Assembly (NCBI GenBank): GCA_964016885.1 | Contig: OZ024744.1 | Coordinates: 103,788,001-103,852,000, forward strand | Origin: Eledone cirrhosa | Lineage: Eukaryota | Direction of reading: 5' to 3' | Length of the DNA: 64,000 bases | Part shown: one piece after another, positions 50,501 through 62,804 of the stretch | How positions within the stretch are numbered: position 1 is the stretch's first letter | Layout of the letters: every line of letters starts with the position of its first letter | The notes under the pieces: generated by a model | Databases searched by the model: none | What the model was told of the DNA's origin: nothing | Seen by the model: the letters and a program-made list of their open reading frames with translations, nothing else | Made by a program: the position numbers and the translations under genes

Positions 50501-53500
50501 AACTGTTTTTGTTATAACTGTTTTTGTTATAATTGTTGTTCTTAAAACTGTTGTTGTTATAACTGTTGTTGTTATACCTGGTGTTATAACTGTTGTTGTT
50601 ATAACTGGTGTTATATCTGTTGTTGTTATAACTGTTGTTGTAACTGTTGTTGTTATAACTGGTGTTGTTATAACTGGTGTTGCTATAACTATTGTTATAA
50701 TGGTTGTTATAACTGTTGTTGATGTAACTGTTTTTGTTTTAACTGTTGTTGTTATAACTGTTGTTGATATAACTGTTGTTATAACTGTTGTTGTTATAAG
50801 TGGTTTTGTTATAACTGTTGTTGTTTTAACTGTTGTTGTTATAACTTTTGTTGTTATAATTGTTGTTGTTTTAACTGTTGTAATTTAACTGGTGTTGTTA
50901 TAACTGTTATTATAACTGTTGTTATAATTATTGTTGTTATAAGTGGTGTTGTTATAACTGTTGTTGTTATAACTGTTGTTGCTATAATTGTTGTTATAAC
51001 TGTTGATATAACTGTTTTTGATATAACGGTTGTTATAACGGTTGTTGTTATAAGTGTTATTATAACTGTTGTTGTTATAACTGTTGTTGTAACTGTTGTT
51101 TTCATAACTGTTCTAGTCATAACACTTCTTGTTGTAACTGTTGTTGTTAAAACTGTTGTTGTTATAACTTTTGTTGTTATAACAGTTGTTGTTATAACAG
51201 TTGTTGTTATAACAGTTGTTGTTATAACTATTGTTTTTGTAACTGTTGTTGTTATAACTGTTGTTATAACTCTTGCTGTTATAGCTGTGGTTATAACTGT
51301 TGTTGTTATAACTGGTATCGTTAAATCTGTTGTTGTTTTAACTGTTGTTGTTATAACTTGTGTTGTTATGACTGTTGTTGTTATAACTATTGTTGTTATA
51401 ACTGTTGTTGTTTTAACTGTTGTTGTTATAACTGTTGTTGTTATAACAGTTGTTGTTATAACTCTTGTTGTTATAACTGGGGTTGTTATAACTGTTATTA
51501 TAACTTTTGTTGTTATAACTGTATTGTTATAATTGTTGTTGTTATAACTGGTGTTATCACTGTTGTTGGTATAACTGTTTTTGTTATAACTCTTGTTCTT
51601 ATAACTGTTGTTGTTATAACTGATGTTGTTATAACTGCTATTATAACTGTTGTTACTATAACTGTTGTTATAAATGTTGTTGTTATAACTGTCGTGGTTA
51701 TAACAGTTGTTGTTATAACTGGTGTTGTTATAACTGGTATTATAATTGTTGTTGTTATTACAGTTGTTGTTATAATTGTTGTTGTTATAACTGTTGTTGT
51801 TATAACTGTTGTTGTGTTAACTGTTGTTGTTTTAACTGTTGTTGTTATAACTGATGTTGTTATAACTGTTATTATAAGTGTCGTTGATTTAACTGTTGTT
51901 GTTATAAATGTTGTTGTTATAACTGTTGTTGTTATAACTGTTGTTGTTATAAATGTTATTATAACTGTTTTATTATAACTGTTTTTGTTATAACTCTTGT
52001 TGTTATAACTGTTGTTGTTCTAACTGTTTTTGTTATAACTGTTTTTGTTATAATTGTTGTTCTTAAAACTGTTGTTGTTATAACTGTTGTTGTTATACCT
52101 GGTGTTATAACTGTTGTTGTTATAACTGGTGTTATATCTGTTGTTGTTATAACTGTTGTTGTAACTGTTGTTGTTATAACTGGTGTTGTTATAACTGGTG
52201 TTGCTATAACTATTGTTATAATGGTTGTTATAACTGTTGTTGATGTAACTGTTTTTGTCTTAACTGTTGTTGTTATAACTGTTGTTGATATAACTGTTGT
52301 TATAACTGTTGTTGTTATAAGTGGTTTTGTTATAACTGTTGTTGTTTTAACTGTTGTTGTTATAACTGTTGTTGTTATAATTGTTGTTGTTTTAACTGTT
52401 GTAATTTAACTGGTGTTGTTATAACTGTTATTATAACTGTTGTTATAATTATTGTTGTTATAAGTGGTGTTGTTATAACTGTTGTTGTTATAACTGTTGT
52501 TGCTATAATTGTTGTTATAACTGTTGATATAACTGTTTTTGATATAACGGTTGTTATAACGGTTGTTGTTATAAGTGTTATTATAACTGTTGTTGTTATA
52601 ACTGTTGTTGTAACTGTTGTTTTCATAACTGTTCTAGTCATAACACTTCTTGTTGTAACTGTTGTTGTTAAAACTGTTGTTGTTATAACTTTTGTTGTTA
52701 TAACAGTTGTTGTTATAACAGTTGTTGTTATAACAGTTGTTGTTATAACTGTTGTTTTTGTAACTGTTGTTGTTATAACTGTTGTTATAACTCTTGCTGT
52801 TATAGCTGTGGTTATAACTGTTGTTGTTATAACTGCTATCGTTAAATCTGTTGTTGTTTTAACTGTTGTTGTTATAACTTGTGTTGTTATGACTGTTGTT
52901 GTTATAACTATTGTTGTTATAACTGTTGTTGTTTTAACTGTTGTTGTTATAACTGTTGTTGTTATAACAGTTGTTGTTATAACTCTTGTTGTTATAACTG
53001 GGGTTGTTATAACTGTTATTATAACTTTTGTTGTTATAACTGTATTGTTATAATTGTTGTTGTTATAACTGGTGTTATCACTGTTGTTGGTATAACTGTT
53101 TTTGTTATAACTCTTGTTCTTATAACTGTTGTTGTTATAACTGATGTTGTTATAACTGCTATTATAACTGTTGTTGCTATAACTGTTGTTATAAATGTTG
53201 TTGTTATAACTGTCGTGGTTATAACAGTTGTTGTTATAACTGGTGTTGTTATAACTGGTGTTATAATTGTTGTTGTTATTACAGTTGTTGTTATAATTGT
53301 TGTTGTTATAACTGTTGTTGTTATAACTGTTGTTGTGTTAACTGTTGTTGTTTTAACTGTTGTTGTTATAACTGATGTTGTTATAACTGTTATTATAAGT
53401 GTCGTTGATTTAACTGTTGTTGTTATAAATGTTGTTGTTATAACTGTTGTTGTTATAACTGTTGTTGTTATAACTGTTGTTGTTATAAATGTTATTATAA

Positions 53501-55210
53501 CTGTTTTTATTATAACTGTTTTTGTTATAACTCTTGTTGTTATAACTGTTGTTGTTGTAACTGTTTTTGTTATAACTGTTTTTGTTATAATTGTTGTTAT
53601 TAAAACTGTTGTTGTTATAACTGTTGTTGTTATACCTGGTGTTATAACTGTTGTTGTTATAACTGGTGTTATATCTGTTGTTGTTATAACTGTTGTTGTA
53701 ACTGTTGTTGTTATAACTGGTGTTGTTATAACTGGTGTTGCTATAACTATTGTTATAATGGTTGTTATAACTGTTGTTGATGTAACTGTTTTTGTTTTAA
53801 CTGTTGTTTTTATAACTGTTGTTGATATAACTGTTGTTATAACTGTTGTTGTTATAAGTGGTTTTGTTATAACTGTTGTTGTTATAACTGTTGTTGTTAT
53901 AACTGTTGTTGTTATAACCGGTGTTGTTATAACTCTTATTATAACTGTTGTTATAATTATTGTTGTTATAACTGGTGTTGTTATAATTGGTGTTGTTATA
54001 ACTGTTGTTGTTATAACAGTTGTTGTTATAACTGTTGTTGTGGTAACTGTTGTTTTTATAACTGGTGTTGTTATAACTGTTGTTGTAATAACTGTTGTAG
54101 TTATAACTGTTGTTGTTTTAACTGTCGTTGTTATAACAAGTGTTGTTATAACAAGTGTTGTTATAACTGTTGTTCTTATAACTGTTGTTATTTTAAATGT
54201 ATTGTTATAACTGCTGTTGTTATAACTAGTGTTATAACTATTGTTATAACTGTCGTGGTTATAACAGTTTTTGTTATAACTGTTGTTTTTGTAACTGTTG
54301 TTGTTATAAATGGTGTTATAGCTGTTGTTATTCTAACTGTTGTTGTTATAACTGTTGTTATAACAACAACAGTTATAACAACACCAGTTATAACAACAAC
54401 AGTTATAACAACAACAGTTATAACTGGTGTTGTTATAACTGTTGTTATAACTGTTGTTGATATAACCTTTTTTTGTTATAACTTTTGTTGTTATAACTGT
54501 TGTTATAACTGGTGTTGTTATAACTGTTGTTGTTATAACAACAGTTATAACAACAACAATTTTAGCAACAGTTATAACAACAACTGCTATAACAACAACA
54601 GTTATAACAACACCAGTTATAACAACAACGGTTATAACAACGACAGTTATAACAACAGTTATAACAACACCAGTTATAACAACAACAGTTATAACAACAA
54701 CGGTTATAACAACAACAGTTATAACAACAGTTATAACAACAGTTATATCAACACCAGTTATAACAACAACAGTTATAACAACAACAGTTATAACAACAAC
54801 AGTTATAACAACACTTATAACACTAACAGATATAGCAACTACAGTTATAACCGCGATAGTTATAACAACAGTTACAACACTAACAGTTATAATAACAACA
54901 GTCATAACAACACCAGTTATAACAACACCAGTTATAACAACAACAGTTATAACAACAACAGTCATAACAACAGTTAAAACAGCAACAACATATATATCAA
55001 CAACAGTTGTAACAGCAGCAGTGATATCAGCAATAGTTATATCTACAACAGTTATAAACAACGGTTATAACAAAAACAACAACAAAAACAGTTACAACAA
55101 CAATATCTATATTAACTGCAGTTATATCTACAACAGTTATAAATAATGTTTATAACAACAACAACAAAAACAGTTACAACAATAATATGTATATTAACAA
55201 CAGTTATATC
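41545..55210. repeat. 13.7-kb satellite of 12/15-bp units (ACAACAACAGTTATA) with a palindromic GTTATAAC core, multiple strand inversions and a ~1.52-kb higher-order repeat
   Basis: Alternating AAC-rich and GTT-rich blocks. Identical 88-aa pseudo-ORFs at 49332, 50854 and 52375. Confidence 0.97.
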
Positions 55211-55584
55211 GAGAACTGCTACCTGCAATTTATATAACTATCCCGAGCTTTTTTCAAATTTCAAATTCATTCAGCATTTTGATTATAATTTATAAGATGG
55301 ATTGATATCATCAGTCATTTGTTAGATTTGTCTCATTTTATGGTATGTATGTTACTAAGTGCTGTATTATTTGTATGTATATATATACATATATATGTAC
55401 AACTAATCAAAAATTATGCAAGCAACCTAATCAAAGAGGAGAGATAAGAGATTAGTTATGAAGATTATTTGCCAGTGGTGAAGAGGGTAGTGTGTTCAAT
55501 GCATCTAGGTTGCAAGACAAGCAAACAAATCAAGTAAGCCGGAGAAAAAATGTCAAGCAAAAATCGTATAAAGAGAGATAAAAT

Positions 55585-55946
55585 TACATAAATTAAATAT
55601 CAGAGAAAACATCAGATGTTTGAATAAATATATTTACTGGCTGACAAATTGTTTCAGAAACCAAATCAATAATTTTTACACAGAGGAGGTAATTATCGAT
55701 CCTAAAATCGATAAATGTAAAATAAAAAGAAATGTTTGATATGGACCCCACATCGAAACCAAAAAGAAAAGATTTAACCATAAAAATTTAAAAAGAAAAA
55801 CATATCACTGAAAAATGAGGCCTAGAATCAGTCCACATATTAGTGATGTGGTTATGAAGATGATTTGGTTTCAAAAACAATTTGTCAGCTAATAAATATA
55901 TTTATTAAAAAATCTGATTTGTTTTCTCTAATATCTAATTTATGTA
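55585..55946. mobile_element. MITE-like element with ~85-bp imperfect TIRs
   Basis: TACATAAATT...GCTGACAAATTGTTT...GAAACCAAATCA versus TGATTTGGTTTC...AAACAATTTGTCAGC...AATTTATGTA. Confidence 0.7.
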
Positions 55947-56712
55947 TCTACAACTTATAAATTTAACATTCTTAACATTTAAAATGTCATAATGGTCTTT
56001 AATACTTGATGGTTATTTCTAGTTAAACTATGGGCTTTCTATGAGTTTAGCTAACACATATAAATATTTTTTGAAGCTCGGTTTCTGAAAATATTTTTAG
56101 ATTGTATGGAAACTTACAAAGAATGAAACCCATACTTGTTTAGATATGTGAATACTGCAAAGAAGCCTGATTCTTTGAAAACTTGAGGTGATCAAATTGG
56201 CTAATGTGTATGTGATCACTTACAGCACATCATTGCTTCGAATTATGTTTTAACCTTTGTATTCTTCCATTAAGCTTTATCTGCCAACAGTTATGGAAAT
56301 AGTTCTACTTTGGCAGACTTTGTTAATAGACATTTTCAGACTCATTAAAATTATCAACTAATATTCGTTTGCATTTGCGTCATATCAATTCTTATCAGAA
56401 GAACATTTTTACTTCTCCTGCAAATACTTTGACACACTTTTCAAATTACTGTTGTACCTATTATATTTGTTTGTTTAAAAGGTGATCAAACAGAGCTAAG
56501 ATTTCGAAGTACCTAAAAGAGTCTTGGCAGTTTCTTGCTATTCTACAAATAACTTGTTTTCCTAAGAACCATCTCACACTATTTTTACTTTACTTGCTTC
56601 TGTGTTCCTCTTTCTTCACAGCAAACAGAAAACTATCTGCTTATTCTCTGGAACAAGATATGTTCTCCAACTGGATTCTTCACCTAAACGCAGAAGATAA
56701 TCATTTTCTTTG

Positions 56713-57090
<378 letters not shown>

Positions 57091-58189
57091 AAACACTGAA
57101 CAGTATTTAGTGTGATATTTTGTAGTTTCTGCTTCTCTGCCATCTTGTATGTCATGCTAAAATAAAAAATAATATTCAGTGTGATTTTCTTTTAAGATTC
57201 TAGCGTGTGATTTGAGGAATACTTCACTGCTATTTCCAGCAGATTTAGTGACCAATAGAGGCTTTGTCCTTGAATCTGGTCTAAAATATGTAGTGTTTTC
57301 AACTTGAGCCCAAGAAAGTTACAAGAATTTGGCAGATTGATCTAACACATTTGTAATACTGGTCTTGTAAACCCTTCTTCCAGACTAAATTAACCCTGCT
57401 CAAAGATGTTCCAGCCTTGACCATCCCACCACTTGTATAAGTATGTGTCTAAGTCTTGTGTATGTTTGTACACTACTACATGTGTGTTTGTAAGTGGATG
57501 TGTTTCTTATTGTATATGGGCTATAATTTGAATGTATCTGTGTGTCTCACATGTTTTCAATGTATATGTGTCAGTGTATTTGTGTATGCATGCATTCTAT
57601 TGTCTCTCTTCCATTAATGACTGCCAAATATACAGGAAACTATATTCTTTGGTTTTGTAGGTTCCAGTTCAACAAACGTACTAATGTTAGGGAGAAGGCT
57701 AATGTTAGGGAGAACATTAGTTGAAATAATTTTGTGGTACAATCGACTGTGTGGTAATAAAATTAGAACAACATTACATGTGCATTTAATGCATGCATAT
57801 CATGTCAAGTGTCTTTGGTGTAGGAATACAACATAGCTCTTCTCGTCTCCTTTAAACTCCAATCTGCTCTCAACATATGTAAGCACTACTCCCAGCCATA
57901 TAAATTTAAAAAAAACGTATTAACTACAACTGTATTAATTGCTATCTGGTGACTGTGGTGTAAAAAATGTTTTAATCTAAGAAATACAATGAAAGAAAAT
58001 CAACATTCAGACCAGCCAAAACAACAAAAAAAATAGGTAAATATCTTTAAGTCGTTTGGAAGCCTCGACAAATCTCCGGGTAACAAGATCCGGTGGTGGA
58101 GAGAGAGATGTAAGTGGGTGTACGTAAAAAAAAACATAAAAGGGTATTAATTCTAAAATAACAATAACGACCAGGGAGGCTTAACAAGG

Positions 58190-58656
58190 AGATTCAGCAT
58201 TCAGTAATCAGAAGGGAGGTGGTTGTAAAAGCCAAACTCGCTATCTTCAATTTAGTTTTCATGCCAACCCTTACCTTGAATCTTGGGTAATGACTGTAAG
58301 AATACGATTGCAAATACAAGTGGCTGAAATGGGGTTCCTCTGAAGGATTTTGGAGGAACATTATTCAATAAAGTACGTAGCTTTGAGTTCAGAGAGTTAC
58401 TCCAGGTAGAGCCGCTACTTCTCCGAGTTGAGAGATCACAGCTCCGATGCCATGGACATGTGGTTAGAATGTCTCAGGAAAGAATTACTGGACAGATTTT
58501 ACAGGCAAAAACGAACTGGCAGTAGACCCAGAGATAGACCCCTAGCAAGATAGTTGGATAACATCCATGAGCTTGGCTGGTCTCGCTTGGGGATCCAACC
58601 GGATCAGTTGGAGATGTTTGCTTCTGCCCACACAACCCTCTAAGAAGAAGAAGAAC
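58190..58656 (+). mobile_element. Rex3/Expander-like RTE LINE 3' remnant
   Basis: WVMTVRIRLQIQVAEMGFL...VEPLLLRVERSQLRCHGHVVRMSQER, followed by an (AAG)n tail. Confidence 0.75.
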
Positions 58657-58688
58657 GACGATGACGACAAACCCGTATTTGTCAATAT

Positions 58689-58719
<31 letters not shown>

Positions 58720-59169
58720 GAACCAACCTTCAACATTCCTCAATACAACAACAAAAACCACAGAAACAAACCATCTTGCAGATTCAGTCAATATTTTAAC
58801 CCCATTGAAATTTAATGCTCTTAAATATTAACTAAAACCTTGTTTTCTGTGTATCACCAAACTTTAAATGACCTGTAACAATCTTAATTATCTGACACAG
58901 GAGAGCAGTGTCTATGTACCAGGTCAAGGCAAGTTCTACAGGCATGGCAGTACCAACAGCTGAGATACACATAAGGTGATGAAACTGTCCTGCATGTTCA
59001 CCCTGTGTTGTCGATTTGTGTTGTACAACTGCTGTCACATGTAGGACAGACAGACCTGACTATCAACCAGGTCTATAGTGAAGATTGAATCCCCTCCTTC
59101 TTTTAGAAAGGAGGTGCAACAAGTCTTCTTCTGTCAGGTAGCTACAGTGAAGGAAGTTGTATGCTGTAA

Positions 59170-61348
59170 GTCTAGTCTAACGTCTGTCTCAAGCCCAGAG
59201 GCTCGTTTGGCCAATGCTTATCCCAGTTTTGTGACATGAAGTGGATGGGAGTATAAGACTCCCCCCTGGACAGGATGTATCCCAGTTTTGTGACATAAAG
59301 TGGCTGGGAGTATAAGACTCCCCCCTGGACAGGATGTATCCCAGTTTTGTGACATAAAGTGGCTGGGAGTATAAGACTCCCCCCTGGACAGGATGTATCC
59401 CAGTTTTGTGACGTGAAGCGGCTGGGAGTATAAGACTCCCCCCTGGACAGGATGTATCCCAGTTTTGTGACATGAAGTGGATGGGAGTATAAGACTCCCC
59501 CCTGGACAGGATGTATCCCAGTTTTGTGACATGAAGTGGCTGGGAGTATAAGACTCCCCCCTGGACAGGATGTATCCCAGTTTTGTGACATGAAGTGGAT
59601 GGGAGTATAAGACTCCCCCCTGGACAGGATGTATCCCAGTTTTGTGACATGAAGTGGCTGGGAGTATAAGAGTCCCCCTGGACAGGATGTATCCCAGTTT
59701 TGTGACATGAAGTGGCTGGGAGTATAAGACTCCCCCCTGGACAGGATGTATCCCAGTTTTGTGACATAAAGTGGCTGGGAGTATAAGACTCCCCCCTGGA
59801 TAGGATGTATCCCAGTTTTGTGACATAAAGTGGCTGGGAGTATAAGACTCCCCCCTGGACAGGATGTATCCCAGTTTTGTGACATGAAGTGGCTGGGAGT
59901 ATAAGACTCCCCCCCCCCCTGGACAGGATGTATCCCAGTTTTGTGACATGAAGTGGCTGGGAGTATAAGACTCCCCCCTGGACAGGATGTATCCCAGTTT
60001 TGTGACATAAAGTGGCTGGGAGTATAAGACTCCCCCCTGGATAGGATGTATCCCAGTTTTGTGACATAAAGTGGCTGGGAGTATAAGACTCCCCCCTGGA
60101 CAGGATGTATCCCAGTTTTGTGACATGAAGTGGCTGGGAGTATAAGACTCCCCCCCCCTGGACAGGATGTATCCCAGTTTTGTGACATGAAGTGGCTGGG
60201 AGTATAAGACTCCCCCCTGGACAGGATGTATCCCAGTTTTGTGACATGAAGTGGCTGGGAGTATAAGACTCCCCCCCCCCCTGGACAGGATGTATCCCAG
60301 TTTTGTGACATGAAGTGGCTGGGAGTATAAGACTCCCCCCTGGACAGGATGTATCCCAGTTTTGTGACATGAAGTGGCTGGGAGTATAAGACTCCCCCCC
60401 CCCCTGGACAGGATGTATCCCAGTTTTGTGACATGAAGTGGCTGGGAGTATAAGACTCCCCCCTGGACAGGATGTATCCCAGTTTTGTGACATAAAGTGG
60501 CTGGGAGTATAAGACTCCCCCCTGGACAGGATGTATCCCAGTTTTGTGACATGAAGTGGCTGGGAGTATAAGACTCCCCCCTGGATAGGATGTATCCCAG
60601 TTTTGTGACATGAAGTGGCTGGGAGTATAAGACTCCCCCCTGGATAGGATGTATCCCAGTTTTGTGACATGAAGTGGCTGGGAGTATAAGACTCCCCCCT
60701 GGACAGGATGTATCCCAGTTTTGTGACATGAAGTGGCTGGGAGTATAAGACTCCCCCTGGACAGGATGTATCCCAGTTTTGTGACGTGAAGCGGCTGGGA
60801 GTATAAGACTCCCCCCTGGACAGGATGTATCCCAGTTTTGTGACATGAAGTGGCTGGGAGTATAAGACTCCCCCCTGGACAGGATGTATCCCAGTTTTGT
60901 GACATGAAGTGGCTGGGAGTATAAGACTCCCCCCTGGACAGGATGTATCCCAGTTTTGTGACATGAAGTGGCTGGGAGTATAAGAGTCCCCCTGGACAGG
61001 ATGTATCCCAGTTTTGTGACGTGAAGCGGCTGGGAGTATAAGACTCCCCCCTGGACAGGATGTATCCCAGTTTTGTGACATGAAGTGGCTGGGAGTATAA
61101 GACTCCCCCCTGGACAGGATGTATCCCAGTTTTGTGACATGAAGTGGCTGGGAGTATAAGAGTCCCCCTGGACAGGATGTATCCCAGTTTTGTGACATGA
61201 AGTGGCTGAGAGTACAAGACTCCCCCCTGGACAGGATGCCAGTCCATCGCAGGGTTAAACCCCTAGCTATTGCTGGTACTCGTTTTCAGCTGAGTACACT
61301 GGAGCAATGTGAAATGAAGTGTTTTGCTCAAGGAAACAACACACAACA
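59170..61348 (-). mobile_element. SINE expanded internally by a tandem array
   Basis: Minus strand: GTTTCCTTGAGCAAAACACTTC...AACCCTGCGATGGACTGGCATCCTGTCCAGGGGGGAGT [array] GGGATAAGCATTGGCC...GTTAGACTAGACTT. Confidence 0.75.
59219..61238. repeat. 59-bp minisatellite, ~34 copies
   Basis: Unit TATCCCAGTTTTGTGACATGAAGTGGCTGGGAGTATAAGACTCCCCCCTGGACAGGATG, with variable poly-C length. Confidence 0.97.
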
Positions 61349-61619
61349 TGAGAAGAAAGGTAAGGGTAGAGAGGGAGGTGTTACCTTCTAGTGTGTTTCA
61401 TGAAAGATGGGTGAGGACAGTGAGATCTATGTGGTTGAATGGGCCTACACTGACTACATATTTCTAAGCAGGAGGAAGTAAACTGAGAGAAGACACTTTC
61501 AATGGTTGAGGCAACACAGAATAACCCAGGTTTTTGTATGGGAATGACTCTAATGTGCAGTCCCCCAACACACACTGTTAGGGAACTGCCATTCATGGTG
61601 GATTGGCAGTATCGGTAGA

Positions 61620-61790
61620 GGGTCAGACGCCATGCTTTGACGCATAGAGTTACGGCCCTTGCCATTCTGAGTTCAAATCCCGCCGAGGTTAACTTTGCCT
61701 TTCATCCTTACAGGGTCGATAAAATAAAGTACCAGTAATGCACTTGGTAATTGCTGGTCTTGTGCCAAAAGTAGAAACAATTATTGCTAC
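61620..61790 (+). mobile_element. CORE-type tRNA-derived SINE
   Basis: TTCTGAGTTCAAATCCCGCCGAGGTTAACTTTGCCTTTCATCCTT...GATAAAATAAAGTACCAGT. Confidence 0.8.
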
Positions 61791-62329
61791 TGTTTTCTGT
61801 TGTTATCTATATTTATTACAAATTCCATCATTGTTACCCCCTACTGTTTTCTCTACGGTGATGTCCCCGTTACTTCACTCAATGTAAACCCAACTCTGTA
61901 GTATTCTTTTGTCTTTATATCATCCCCAATGTCTTGGACTCTTGTGACCAACAAAATAAATTATTATTATGGTAATATTCAATAAAAAATAAAAAGGGAA
62001 GATAAAAGATTCATAAGAAAACAGAATTGTAGTAAGAGGAGAACATGTCAGCTTCGACGAAGACTGTTCCAGTTGATATGATCAACACAACACCTAGCTC
62101 GTGAAATTAACGTGTAAGTGGCTGAGCACTCTATAGACAAATGTACTCTTATTGTGTTTTTGATGAGATTCTGAGTGACACAGAATGTGACAAGGCTGGC
62201 CCTTTGAATTACTAGTACAACCTAAATTTATAGATTGGTAAATTTATAGAACACCCCGTTCGATTTCAGTGGGTGGAGAAAACTCCTTTCCCTCGGGTTT
62301 TTCGTGTGCTATCAACTAATCTAACTTCC

Positions 62330-62734
62330 AAGATGCTCGTAATCGATTTTTTCCCCTGGGAAAAAGAAACCCAAAATCTTGCCCTAACCCTGACCCTAAC
62401 CCTAAGCCCTAACTCTAAACCCTAAACTTAACCCGGAGTAAAAAAAAGTCGATTGCAAGAATCTTGAAGGTCAGATTAGTTAAAGCACACAAAAAAAATC
62501 GAAGAAAAATAAGTATTTCCCAACAAACGCAAGAGGGGTGTAGATTTGTGAAACTCCGATGGGCTTTCCATCCGCTTTCCTCCTTCTTTTTCTACAAAGT
62601 TAATTGTTTCCGATTGGTTTGGAGGTCGTATTCGTTGATAATATGCAGAAAACAAAATCATAGAGAAAACTCCGAGGTGGGGGACATCCCACCTACTCCG
62701 TTTTGCTGGGAAAAAAGTCGATTGCGAGCATCTT
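62330..62734. mobile_element. MITE with ~27-bp TIRs carrying degenerate (CCCTAA)n
   Basis: AAGATGCTCGTAATCGATTTTTTCCC...GGGAAAAAAGTCGATTGCGAGCATCTT. Extra right-TIR copy at 62440-62465. CCCTAA-like hexamers at 62382-62435. Confidence 0.7.
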
Positions 62735-62804
62735 TTAATTGTGAGTTAAGCCAATTGTAGTACTAGTATTAATATTAACATATAGTCCAATTTTTTTAAT
62801 ATAG

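Noticed and set aside
41614-55061. Many long mucin-like (TTVIT), VVIT and Cys-rich (CCYN) ORFs
   Set aside because: All derive from the triplet-phased satellite, occur on both strands and are broken by frameshifts and inversions.
57640-59160. Possible exons at 57661 and 58900-59040
   Set aside because: No convincing acceptor-donor pair with an open frame and no recognisable protein.
59172-61247. Three 640-691-aa ORFs as genuine genes
   Set aside because: The 59-bp SINE-derived unit lacks stops by chance, and poly-C indels shift frames freely, so there is no sign of coding constraint.
62382-62435. True telomere or CRE target site
   Set aside because: Short, degenerate, enclosed in a MITE and about 370 bp from the CRE 5' break.
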